From a virus: DNA of 50,366 bases. The notes under the pieces were generated by a model. That model saw only the letters and a program-made list of their open reading frames with translations. It ran no database searches and was not told where the DNA came from. Below, one piece after another: positions 40,722-48,926 of the stretch; the stretch's first letter is position 1, and every line of letters starts with the position of its first letter. The position numbers and the translations under genes are program-made. Where the stretch lies: positions 1-50,366 of the IMG/VR virus record IMGVR_UViG_3300045988_165035; one strand, given 5' to 3'.

Positions 40722-41504
40722 TTACTCGTTAATTTTTAGGTCTTTGAACCTTTTGGAAATCTCAACAGACTCCTGCGCTGATTCCACTGCGCGTATCTTT
40801 GCATCAGTCCAAAAATCCTTATAGCAGGGTACCGACTTTGATTTCAGGCACTGCGCCTTTTCCTCTTGCGTCATAAAAGACGCCTTTTGTACGGCGCCCC
40901 TGACATACATCCGCGTCTGAAACGCCTCGAATCGGCGCCCGGCGTTCACTGATTCGACCGCATAGGTGTAAGCCTCTTGCCGAACCTTCTTCAAGTTTAG
41001 AAAACGGCAATCTTTGGTAATTGCCGACTGCTTATATCGGTACAAGCCGCGACAATTCAAAACCACGGGGATGTTTTCGGGCAACGCCTGCAGCGCTTTC
41101 AAGTTTTCACCCTTGCGGATGACACCAAAAACAAACCCGATGTTTTGCCCCTGAAAGTCACCGTCCAAATAAAACTGGTGGAACCCAGGATCGTAAAAAA
41201 CCGTCTGGTCAACTCCCTGAGACGTTCCCAGCACCAAAATCCGACTATTTCCGAGCCGTTCCTTTTGTTTGTAGAAATCGGTTTGAACCCAATAAGAAAG
41301 GCCTCCAGCCGTCGTTTGTTCCATGCCTTTCTTGTCAGCATAGAACCACTGAAACGGCTGCACGCCTTGGCCTACCGTTTCCGGCGTGAGTTCCGAACCA
41401 ACCACGACGTCACGCAGTAATCGCTCCTCCACCGCATCTAATTTTGCGGCGTGAACCCCAGCGGCTACCAACGCAAGCAATGCGGCAATAATCGTCCGTT
41501 TCAT
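40722..41504 (-). CDS. Secreted/periplasmic protein of unknown function (260 aa), moron
   Basis: Sec signal peptide MKRTIIAALLALVAAGVHA|AK. Bracketed by terminators on both sides. AT-richer than its neighbours. Confidence 0.75.
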   Translation of the reverse strand: MKRTIIAALLALVAAGVHAAKLDAVEERLLRDVVVGSELTPETVGQGVQPFQWFYADKKGMEQTTAGGLSYWVQTDFYKQKERLGNSRILVLGTSQGVDQTVFYDPGFHQFYLDGDFQGQNIGFVFGVIRKGENLKALQALPENIPVVLNCRGLYRYKQSAITKDCRFLNLKKVRQEAYTYAVESVNAGRRFEAFQTRMYVRGAVQKASFMTQEEKAQCLKSKSVPCYKDFWTDAKIRAVESAQESVEISKRFKDLKINE

Positions 41505-41571
41505 GCTTCCTCTCCAAGCGATTACGATGAGGAAAGCGTATCACCAATTTAGAATTTTTGAAACTCGAACG

Positions 41572-41604
41572 AAAAAAGCCCCAGCGAGGAGAGGTCACTG
41601 GAGC
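41572..41604 (-). terminator. Intrinsic terminator downstream of the Q-like gene
   Basis: The minus strand reads GCTCCAG...CTGGGGC followed by TTTTTT (G.U pair only on the minus strand). Confidence 0.55.
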
Positions 41605-41706
41605 TCGTTGTGTATTTCGTCCGAGCATGACGAGGGAGCCAATCGGCTCCCCTGCTAACTCGGCTGATCACACAGCTTCAAATTTGATACCCGCTTTTTA
41701 TCAGTT

Positions 41707-42138
41707 TTATTCAATTTTGTCAAGGGGTTCTGGATCATTTCTCATGCGTTCCGCAATGTTTCGAATTGAGCAAAGCGCCGCTCTCATTCGGCGCCCGACT
41801 TCACGCATAGGAATCTTTAAAAACCGCGCTAAGTAGTACGGGTCGTTAAACTTCCCGAAATACCAACACAGGAGAATGTTTTTGTTCTGCAACACAAAGC
41901 CCCGGCTTCGCCACGCCCTGTCAATCAACCAGGCGTCGCGTATCTGTGCCTGTGTAAGCGGCGGCAACGGTTCCGGGTCTTCGGGATTTTTTTCAGGAAC
42001 GTGGCCGCCAAATTGAATCATGGCACGGTAGAGCGGGGTTTCCGTCGTTCTCGGACGGTCTTTCGTCACCCGAGCCCAAATCTTGCAGCGTTCGTCAATG
42101 TCTGCCAATTCACGAGGGATGATTTCACAGTTTCTCAT
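41707..42138 (-). CDS. Late-gene antiterminator Q-like protein
   Basis: Lambdoid position after rusA. ERCKIWARV...LTQAQIRDAWLIDRAW...LLCWYF...LARFLKIPMREVGRRMRAAL resembles QuuD-type Q proteins. Confidence 0.45.
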   Translation of the reverse strand: MRNCEIIPRELADIDERCKIWARVTKDRPRTTETPLYRAMIQFGGHVPEKNPEDPEPLPPLTQAQIRDAWLIDRAWRSRGFVLQNKNILLCWYFGKFNDPYYLARFLKIPMREVGRRMRAALCSIRNIAERMRNDPEPLDKIE

Positions 42139-42581
42139 TTTGCCGTTCCCTGATCGTCTTCCGTATAAACAATGATTTTTGTTGAGTTGCCAAAGGCGTA
42201 GCTGTAGGCCTTCTCGGCGCTGATGCGGGACACCAACGCATCGTCGGCAAAGACCACGCCGTTCATACCATCGAGCACCGCCTTTTTAAGGTTGTCGATA
42301 TCCGGCTTTGTCGTCTTCGGCACCGTGATTTTTTCGACAACTTCCTGCTTGCGCCTTTTCGTCCAAGACTGCGGCGGCGTGTAATAGAAATAAGACAAAA
42401 CCGACACGGCGCCCGATTCGATCCGGCTTACCCCGGCGTCTGCCATAGCCCGCCGAGCCACAAGCGCGATCTGTTTTTCGAATGCCTGAGTTTTCGCCGG
42501 CGTGTACGTTCGTCCGGAACGTGTGAACCGTGGACGAGCTTTCGGAACAGCCACCCCGGGCGCCGTGAATTCGATCTTCAT
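42135..42581 (-). CDS. rusA: RusA Holliday-junction resolvase
   Basis: Contains VPKARPRFTRSGRTYTPAKT and the TKPDIDNLKKAVLDGMNGVVFADD motifs. Confidence 0.85.
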   Translation of the reverse strand: MKIEFTAPGVAVPKARPRFTRSGRTYTPAKTQAFEKQIALVARRAMADAGVSRIESGAVSVLSYFYYTPPQSWTKRRKQEVVEKITVPKTTKPDIDNLKKAVLDGMNGVVFADDALVSRISAEKAYSYAFGNSTKIIVYTEDDQGTAK

Positions 42582-42769
42582 CGTTTCAACTCCCGAGCCT
42601 TGCGATTCTTTTCCATGACACCGTCGTACATCCCGCGGTCGAACGCCGCTTTTTCGTCCTTCGACATACGGTTGATACTGGCGTCGAATTGAGACGAACT
42701 GAAGCCTCTGATGGCGCAGTCATAGCCCTGCCGATAGGCGATCTGTACCTTCGTTTCTTTGTCGGTCAT
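42578..42769 (-). CDS. Hypothetical protein (63 aa)
   Basis: ATGA-coupled ORF. No motif. Confidence 0.55.
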   Translation of the reverse strand: MTDKETKVQIAYRQGYDCAIRGFSSSQFDASINRMSKDEKAAFDRGMYDGVMEKNRKARELKR

Positions 42770-43128
42770 TTCGAGTCCTTCTTTGACACCTGACTCGGGC
42801 GAAGTTCATGCAACCATTCCCGCGCAAGAATCGTCAGTTCCCCCGGCAATTGCTGTACGGCGTCAGAATTGACGATTGCAGGTAGAACGTACATCGCAGC
42901 CGCCTGCTTTGTGTTGGGGATGAGCGTATTCACCAACGTTACTCCCACGATCCACGGAAGTAAGCGGTAGATCAATTTTTTCGCACCGATGATTTTGAAG
43001 TCAGACATACAGTACACAACCGCCGCTATTGCACACACGAAGATCATCACCCACATCGAAATCACCATCGCGATGCTGATCTCATCGAGCCGCGTCACCC
43101 AATAAATATCCCAGGCGGTAAGCGTCAT
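42766..43128 (-). CDS. Membrane protein (120 aa)
   Basis: ATGA-coupled internal ATG with GGAGGGG upstream. TM segments ISIAMVISMWVMIFVCAIAAVVY and LLPWIVGVTLVNTLI. Confidence 0.6.
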   Translation of the reverse strand: MTLTAWDIYWVTRLDEISIAMVISMWVMIFVCAIAAVVYCMSDFKIIGAKKLIYRLLPWIVGVTLVNTLIPNTKQAAAMYVLPAIVNSDAVQQLPGELTILAREWLHELRPSQVSKKDSK

Positions 43129-43310
43129 TTTCCCCTCCATACCATAAAGGCCGTCGTCAGTGCGGCGAACAAACAAAAGATCGTGGCCATCCGTGCCACT
43201 GGTGCCCCGAGAAAAGTTTCCGTCGTGGAATAGACCACGGTAAGCACCACCATCAGCGCCATAAATCCAATCAAAGCCAAAAGGCCGAGAGCCATACGTT
43301 TGCGACTCAT
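43125..43310 (-). CDS. Small two-TM membrane protein (61 aa)
   Basis: Hydrophobic segments ALGLLALIGFMALMVVLTVVY and MATIFCLFAALTTAFMVW. Confidence 0.55.
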   Translation of the reverse strand: MSRKRMALGLLALIGFMALMVVLTVVYSTTETFLGAPVARMATIFCLFAALTTAFMVWRGK

Positions 43311-43537
43311 TTTTCCTCCTGTGTTTCGTTTTCAGCATCCAACAACTGGCTCACATGACGGAGTTCCCGGGCAAGTTGCCGAATATCATCACGGGTTAAA
43401 GAAAACGTCGCCTTCCAAATGAGACGCTCCCCCTGTCGGTTGTAGACAGTTACGTTTCCGCTTCGAAGCGGCGCCCGAAACGCGATAGACAATTCGAAGG
43501 CGTCCTTTTCGGGTCCAACAACGGTCGTATATTTCAT
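43307..43537 (-). CDS. Hypothetical protein (76 aa)
   Basis: ATGA-coupled ORF. Confidence 0.55.
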   Translation of the reverse strand: MKYTTVVGPEKDAFELSIAFRAPLRSGNVTVYNRQGERLIWKATFSLTRDDIRQLARELRHVSQLLDAENETQEEK

Positions 43538-43737
43538 TTCTGCTCCTTTTGCTGTGCCTCGACATATTCCCCGTGCCGAATCAACGCCTTTCCTATCATG
43601 ACGGCCTCCAACGGCGTCAGGTCGGCGACTACTACGGCCTCTTCGATGATTGACACGTGGACGTACTTTTCTCCCGCATCCATGCGAAATTTCGTGCGGC
43701 CATCGGCGTTTTCCTTTTCCAACCTGAAAACCGTCAT
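43534..43737 (-). CDS. Hypothetical protein (67 aa)
   Basis: ATGA-coupled ORF. Confidence 0.55.
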   Translation of the reverse strand: MTVFRLEKENADGRTKFRMDAGEKYVHVSIIEEAVVVADLTPLEAVMIGKALIRHGEYVEAQQKEQK

Positions 43738-44009
43738 CTCCGCTCCTTTTCCTTCAGTTCCCGAATGGCATTGAGTGCCAACTCACCGCAGGCAAATTGG
43801 GACGGTTCCCAATCGGGCGGAACGTTTGCGGCTTGCCACAGGCCGTAGTCAATTCGAACCATCACGACGGGCGGCTTCAGCTGCAAAAGCCGAACTTCGA
43901 CAAGCCACCTGCGGTAAACATTGAGTTCCGGCCCAAGTTCCCGTTCTTCAACCATCTCGCGATAAATGACGGAGCCGGGTTCCACGCACAAATAGGTTTC
44001 GGTGCTCAT
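43734..44009 (-). CDS. Hypothetical protein (91 aa), paralogue of 44006..44299
   Basis: ATGA-coupled internal ATG. Shares the ..VPPDW(E/Q)..(F/A)AC....A......K.K motif with its neighbour. Confidence 0.55.
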   Translation of the reverse strand: MSTETYLCVEPGSVIYREMVEERELGPELNVYRRWLVEVRLLQLKPPVVMVRIDYGLWQAANVPPDWEPSQFACGELALNAIRELKEKERR

Positions 44010-44299
44010 GCCACCCCCTTCTTTTTCAGTTTTTCGACATACTCCACGGCAATCTTTTTGCAGGCCGCCTCCGTCATCTGCCAATCGGGCGGCACCGCTT
44101 GCTTTTCCGAAAAACTTTCGCGAAGCCCAACCATCACATAGTGCGCCCCCTCGGCATCAGACGGCGCCCAAACAACGACGTCCCACCGGTCAACAGCGGA
44201 TCCTGTGATTTCTTTTTCTCGGACAATCACACCACACGACTTTCCGAAAACTTCCGATTCGAGGCGCGTTAGGCGCCCCAAAGCAATACCGACACTCAT
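44006..44299 (-). CDS. Hypothetical protein (97 aa), paralogue of 43734..44009
   Basis: QAVPPDWQMTEAACKKIAVEYVEKLKKKG compares with ANVPPDWEPSQFACGELALNAIRELKEKE. Confidence 0.55.
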   Translation of the reverse strand: MSVGIALGRLTRLESEVFGKSCGVIVREKEITGSAVDRWDVVVWAPSDAEGAHYVMVGLRESFSEKQAVPPDWQMTEAACKKIAVEYVEKLKKKGVA

Positions 44300-44502
44300 T
44301 TGTCCTCCTTGCTTTCAAGGTACGGTCGAGGTAGCGGACGCCACGCCTTTACTTTGTCGTTCCCCTCGGGGCAGTGAAACCTTTTGCCATCCCAATACGC
44401 CACCTCAACCATTAAACCGAATTCCGCCGTATCAACCGTGATTAAGACGCGCCCTTTCGGCCCTGGGTTGAATTCCGGAAACGGATACCACTCCCGCCTC
44501 AT
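44296..44502 (-). CDS. DUF551-like small protein (68 aa)
   Basis: ATGA-coupled start. Contains MRREWYPFPE...VLITVD...VKAWRPLPRPY. Confidence 0.6.
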   Translation of the reverse strand: MRREWYPFPEFNPGPKGRVLITVDTAEFGLMVEVAYWDGKRFHCPEGNDKVKAWRPLPRPYLESKEDK

Positions 44503-45047
44503 TTGTCCTCCTCCCGGTCTTCCCAAAAGACGCCGTTTTTCCGACAAAGGCCGACCATGCTGTATCCGCTGTTCCGTGCGGCCATCTGCCAAAGCAACGG
44601 CTCCAGCGGCGTTTGTCTTTCGTGCGTTTTGGCCGGGCGGATGAAGTTCTTGCGTTTGTCATGCGGCCCCGGATTCCAAGGGAAAGAAATCACTCCCACG
44701 CCCTTCGCATCAGGATCGGATTCGAGAATCTTCACAATCTTCGCGGCGGTGTTTTCGTCGGCGCAGAAATAGAATTTGTTGCAGTGCTTCAAATACCCGC
44801 GCCACTTCTCGTCGGACGTGAAGTCCTGTAGGCAACTTTTCGTTTCCACGATAACCACCTGATGGGTGCGGTTTTGGACGGCGATAAAGTCAGCCCGTTG
44901 TTTCGTGAAGCCCTGCACCCGTTCGTCACCGTGGTAAAGCGGCAAACCCACCTCACGGCTTACGGCGAAACCTTTGAGCGCGTAGTAGTACGCAAGGTCA
45001 CGACAAAACCACAGCATCCGGGCGCGTTTTTCCTTCGGGAGTTCCAT
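44499..45047 (-). CDS. MmcB-like PD-(D/E)xK nuclease
   Basis: RADFIAVQNRTHQVVIVETKSCLQDFTSDEKWRGYLKHCNKFYFC matches the MmcB/DUF1052 core (D...E-x-K). Confidence 0.65.
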   Translation of the reverse strand: MELPKEKRARMLWFCRDLAYYYALKGFAVSREVGLPLYHGDERVQGFTKQRADFIAVQNRTHQVVIVETKSCLQDFTSDEKWRGYLKHCNKFYFCADENTAAKIVKILESDPDAKGVGVISFPWNPGPHDKRKNFIRPAKTHERQTPLEPLLWQMAARNSGYSMVGLCRKNGVFWEDREEDK

Positions 45048-45541
45048 TACGCATCCTCCCTAAACGCAGCCGGAAGTTCCGCCCACGCGAGCAAGTCGTC
45101 CTCTTTCGCCATAGCCCACGGCCAAAAGTCGTTGTGCTCGTTGAATTCGTCACGGATGACGTAATTCGGCTTACCTTTCAGCGTTACCAAATAGCCACCC
45201 GATTTTTTCGGGAAACCGTCGTTCTCTCTCCAGTCTTTCCCGGTCGGCTTCACCGGATTCCACCGCACCGGAACATCTGCCGCTTGTTTTTCAAGTTCCC
45301 GCAACACCTCAGCAATGGTGATTTCAGGATCAGCAATAAGGTCTAAACGCTGCATAGCGCGAGCGGCTTGTTCCTGCCTTGCCAACAAATACCGACGAAC
45401 CTCCTTTGTCGGCCACTTCCAGTCCCGACCATCTTTCTTTGTGTACCAAATTCCTTTATTTCCGCGGTACTCTTTGCTTGCCCTGGCTGCAGAAACACCC
45501 AAAACCAGCGCGACCTCACGGGTAGACAAAAACTCTTTCAT
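45047..45541 (-). CDS. HTH (excisionase/MerR-like) plus DUF551-like protein
   Basis: N-terminus MKEFLSTREVALVLGVS. C-terminus GGYLVTLKG...LLAWAELPAAF. Confidence 0.6.
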   Translation of the reverse strand: MKEFLSTREVALVLGVSAARASKEYRGNKGIWYTKKDGRDWKWPTKEVRRYLLARQEQAARAMQRLDLIADPEITIAEVLRELEKQAADVPVRWNPVKPTGKDWRENDGFPKKSGGYLVTLKGKPNYVIRDEFNEHNDFWPWAMAKEDDLLAWAELPAAFREDA

Positions 45542-45882
45542 GCCGCCTCCTTTTCCCACGGGAACCCCCCCACCAAACGCCACAAATGCAGACAGGTGCT
45601 ATGCGCATTGACGTATCGCGAGCGCTTCGGATGAATCTGAATCACCTCGTCTTCGTCATCCCAAAATAGTTGCTTCACGAAACACATCGTGGACCAGTCC
45701 GGGCACTTACTCGACCCACGAACCACGACGGAGACGTGCTCCCACATCACGCCGTTGTCCTCATCAACAGACGAGATAACTTCGAGCTTTCGCCCCCGGA
45801 ACGGGATGATGTGCGCCTGCATCCCCAAGACGTTTGCGCCGCTCTCAACCGCGAACTGCTTTAAAACCCGATGAAAACTCAT
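45538..45882 (-). CDS. Hypothetical protein (114 aa)
   Basis: ATGA-coupled start. Contains WEHVSVVVRGSSKCPDWSTMCFVKQLFWDDEDEVIQIHP...LHLW. Confidence 0.6.
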   Translation of the reverse strand: MSFHRVLKQFAVESGANVLGMQAHIIPFRGRKLEVISSVDEDNGVMWEHVSVVVRGSSKCPDWSTMCFVKQLFWDDEDEVIQIHPKRSRYVNAHSTCLHLWRLVGGFPWEKEAA

Positions 45883-46154
45883 GCCTCGCTCCCCATCATT
45901 TCCTTGGTCTGCCGCAAAGCTGTCCACTGGTCGGACTTCTGCCCATCGCGTTCCTTCATCACGATTTCCGCGCGTTGGTGCTTCAACGCAGCGGCGTAGC
46001 CGTTCAGGAATGCTTTGGTGTTTGACACCGCAGCGTCCAAGTCGCCGGCCTTAGACGGCGAGGCATTACGGCAATATTCCTTAGCCCGGCAGTAGATCCA
46101 GTCCACCAGTGCTTGAATATGTTCAATGTCTTTCAGCGTCAGATTGCTGTTCAT
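45879..46154 (-). CDS. Hypothetical protein (91 aa)
   Basis: ATGA-coupled start with AAGGAGG upstream. Confidence 0.55.
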   Translation of the reverse strand: MNSNLTLKDIEHIQALVDWIYCRAKEYCRNASPSKAGDLDAAVSNTKAFLNGYAAALKHQRAEIVMKERDGQKSDQWTALRQTKEMMGSEA

Positions 46155-46396
46155 GCTGCCTCCTTGTACGAATAAAGCACTACCACCTCGTCTTTGCTCA
46201 TTCCTCCGGCGACGTAAAACCCGCTGGTCGCCGCCGGGCATTCCATGTCGAGAAGACCGAAGTTCATTAAACGCCCCAGAGCCGCCGACGCATCCCCTTC
46301 CGTTACCTTGGCCTTAGCCATGAGTTCCTTAAGCGTCAGCGGGCGATCTGAGGCCCTTAGCGCGGCTATGGCGATATCAATCGGAGAACGTGCCAT
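46151..46396 (-). CDS. Winged-helix-like small protein (81 aa)
   Basis: RPLTLKELMAKAKVTEGDASAALGRLMNFGLL resembles a wHTH recognition unit. Confidence 0.5.
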   Translation of the reverse strand: MARSPIDIAIAALRASDRPLTLKELMAKAKVTEGDASAALGRLMNFGLLDMECPAATSGFYVAGGMSKDEVVVLYSYKEAA

Positions 46397-46398
46397 CG

Positions 46399-47226
46399 TT
46401 ATGCCCCCGGAGGAAGGCCAGCGTCTTCCTCAAACTCGAAGACGTTCGGCATGGAGTTGAAAACGGTTGTCTCAACTGGCGTAGCGCGTAAGCGATAGCT
46501 GGGCCAGTCGAAAATGAAACCTTTTCCGCCGTTTTCTCGCAGACGATCCATCGCACGATCTCCAATAATCTTTTCAACCCCCTCTTTGTTCAAATTTGAA
46601 ATCAGAACCGTCGGGCGCATACATTCGTAACGCTCATTAAGTACCGCGAAAAGGAGGTTCTGTTCGTTCTCGGATCCCGATTGCACGCCAACTTCATCCA
46701 ACACGAGGAGGTCAACACCCGTATAGGCATCGATTACCTGCCGCTCCGTTTTCACTGCAGCAGCGTTCCACGTTTCGCGGATACTCCGCACGGTCTTCGC
46801 TACACTCGTAAAAAGCGCCGTCTTACCGGCCCGCTTTGCAGCCATAACCAACGCGCAGGCCAAATGCGTTTTGCCCGTGCCCGGATTCCCCAAAAGGATG
46901 ATGGAACACCCGCGGCGAATGTTTTCGTCCATCGAGGCGACGTAGTCTTGAAAAAACTGCTTCACTTCCTTCTGCCCAGCGGTTTCGGCGACATACCCGT
47001 CAATCGTTTTTCCTTGGAAACGCACCGGAACCGCAATCTGGCCGTAGGCTTCAATTTCCTTCGCTTCCCGGATGCACTCGGGACACCCTGCCCGGCTCAT
47101 CCGGGCGCCGAATTGCGCGTTTCCTAACCATCGCCGATACGTCAGCGGGTAATCTCCGTGTCGTTCGCAATGACCGACAGCAATCAGCTCTTGCCAGTTG
47201 CCGTTGTTGTCTTTGTAAACTTTCAT
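46399..47226 (-). CDS. DnaC/IstB-like AAA+ helicase loader
   Basis: Walker A GNPGTGKTHLA and Walker B LLVLDEVG. N-terminal Cys cluster CERH..CPEC. ATGA-coupled start. Confidence 0.8.
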   Translation of the reverse strand: MKVYKDNNGNWQELIAVGHCERHGDYPLTYRRWLGNAQFGARMSRAGCPECIREAKEIEAYGQIAVPVRFQGKTIDGYVAETAGQKEVKQFFQDYVASMDENIRRGCSIILLGNPGTGKTHLACALVMAAKRAGKTALFTSVAKTVRSIRETWNAAAVKTERQVIDAYTGVDLLVLDEVGVQSGSENEQNLLFAVLNERYECMRPTVLISNLNKEGVEKIIGDRAMDRLRENGGKGFIFDWPSYRLRATPVETTVFNSMPNVFEFEEDAGLPPGA

Positions 47227-47900
47227 GGTCTCTCCTTTTCCATTTCTTCCAAAATTCGGCGCCCGATCCAACTGATAACGGGAACCGCCCAACTGTTTCC
47301 GATGGCTTTGTATCGAGGCGCGTCCGGGCACTCTTCGGGCGGTTTGCCTTTCCAACTGATTCGCGTCCAGTTGTCCGGCATACCTTGAAGTCGCTCACAC
47401 TCAACGGGCGTCAGTCGGCGCACCGCCAACCCTTGCGCGACGCCGTGGTGATCTGTCGCAGTCAACGTCGGTGCTATCTCTTCGCAGACGCCTAAGCCGT
47501 TTCCACCGTTATCAGGCTTTCGCCCGATAACGTTCCCCTGTATCGCGATAGCCGGCACCGGCCCCGTCGTCAGAGTTCCGCACGGTGCCCCGGGTTCGCT
47601 AAACCCTTTGCTATTTCGATCCCGATTGATGTTCCGAACATCCAAAACAACGGGCTCCGACGAAGGGGCGGCAGTAAGAGTTCCCGTCTTCCCATCGACG
47701 TAAGCGCGGGCGGCGGCACCTTGAGGATGACTCAGAACTATCGGAACCTGATTTCCGCCCGTACCCATGCGTGCTTGAAGCGTCGGACAGGTATCGCTTT
47801 CGCGAATCACATCACTCGCGTGCGTCATGTCGTACACCTTCATAGACGAAATACTTTCCTGAAAACACTTCCTGATTACCGAGAAACTTTTTTGCGCCAC
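47223..47900 (-). CDS. DNA (cytosine-5) methyltransferase, C-terminal fragment (motifs IX-X)
   Basis: Contains RRLTPVECERLQGMPDNWT and RYKAIGNSWAVPV. The frame differs from that of the N-terminal fragment. Confidence 0.75.
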   Translation of the reverse strand: MAQKSFSVIRKCFQESISSMKVYDMTHASDVIRESDTCPTLQARMGTGGNQVPIVLSHPQGAAARAYVDGKTGTLTAAPSSEPVVLDVRNINRDRNSKGFSEPGAPCGTLTTGPVPAIAIQGNVIGRKPDNGGNGLGVCEEIAPTLTATDHHGVAQGLAVRRLTPVECERLQGMPDNWTRISWKGKPPEECPDAPRYKAIGNSWAVPVISWIGRRILEEMEKERP

Positions 47901-48714
47901 AGTTGGCGAGCAAAGTCGGACAAACTTTGTCGAGCATCAGCGTTTCGCCTCCGCCCCCTGTGGTTCCTCCGGTTGCCCGGATCGTTCCGGCGACTGAAGC
48001 CTTACGCATCGCTCCAAAGCTTCCCTCAACAAAGGCGGCAGAATCTTGTTCCGCGCTTCCGCCCGTCGGAGAATTCCTTCGCACGCACGGCGACTCAAAA
48101 AGTACCTTCGTGGGATCAATACCCCCCGTTGAAGAACTTGCGACAACGTAGACGCGACGACGTCGCTGGGGGACTCCGAAATATTGAGCGTCGAGTACGC
48201 GCCACGCGACGTTTCGCGAAGGGCCGGCAACATAACCTGCGTTCGGCCATCGACCTGCGCCGGACGACAAGGGAGCGTCTGCGCCACTAAGTCCGGCCAA
48301 GAAGCACCCGAATGCGTTGTCTTTGGTGTTGAGCACGCCGGGCACGTTTTCCCAGAAAATGGTGACAGGGCGCTTCCGAAGTCGAGTTCTAACTGTGTCA
48401 ATGGCATTAGCGATCTCACAAAAAACGAGCGAAAGGTTTCCGCGATAGTCATCCAGCGAACGGCGAAGCCCGGCGAAAGAGAAAGCCTGGCAAGGCGTTC
48501 CGCCGCAGAAGAGATCGGGGGCTTCGACTTCACCGCTCAGGATTCGGGCGGGGAGCGTTGTCATATCCCCCAGGTTTGGCACCGTAGGAAAACGCTGCTC
48601 GAGCAACGCGCACGGAAAAGGATCGATTTCGGCAAGCCACGCCGCTTTCATACCGAGAGGATTGAAAGCGAGCGAAGCGGCTTCCACCCCGGAGCACACA
48701 GAACCGAATCTCAT
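47812..48714 (-). CDS. DNA (cytosine-5) methyltransferase, N-terminal fragment (motifs I-VIII)
   Basis: Contains FGSVCSGVEA, GGTPCQAFS, ENVPG and QRRRRV. Ends at a stop 89 nt inside the overlap with the C-terminal fragment. Confidence 0.8.
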   Translation of the reverse strand: MRFGSVCSGVEAASLAFNPLGMKAAWLAEIDPFPCALLEQRFPTVPNLGDMTTLPARILSGEVEAPDLFCGGTPCQAFSFAGLRRSLDDYRGNLSLVFCEIANAIDTVRTRLRKRPVTIFWENVPGVLNTKDNAFGCFLAGLSGADAPLSSGAGRWPNAGYVAGPSRNVAWRVLDAQYFGVPQRRRRVYVVASSSTGGIDPTKVLFESPCVRRNSPTGGSAEQDSAAFVEGSFGAMRKASVAGTIRATGGTTGGGGETLMLDKVCPTLLANCGAKKFLGNQEVFSGKYFVYEGVRHDARE

Positions 48715-48917
48715 GCTTTTACCCCTTTCTTCAGCTGATCTATCCGTGCCGACAAAGCACCCAACAAAAAGAAATCTCGTTCAATCTTTGTCGCAAACCT
48801 TGACATTTCCTTTTCCCCATCAGCCCCCTTAACAAAAGCCTCGTACCCTGCCTCGTAGGCACGGTCTTGTTCTGCTTTGGAAGGCGCAACCAAAAATAAG
48901 AAATCTCCTCGACTCAT
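48711..48917 (-). CDS. Hypothetical protein (68 aa)
   Basis: ATGA-coupled ORF. Confidence 0.55.
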   Translation of the reverse strand: MSRGDFLFLVAPSKAEQDRAYEAGYEAFVKGADGEKEMSRFATKIERDFFLLGALSARIDQLKKGVKA

Positions 48918-48926
48918 GCCTTTCTC

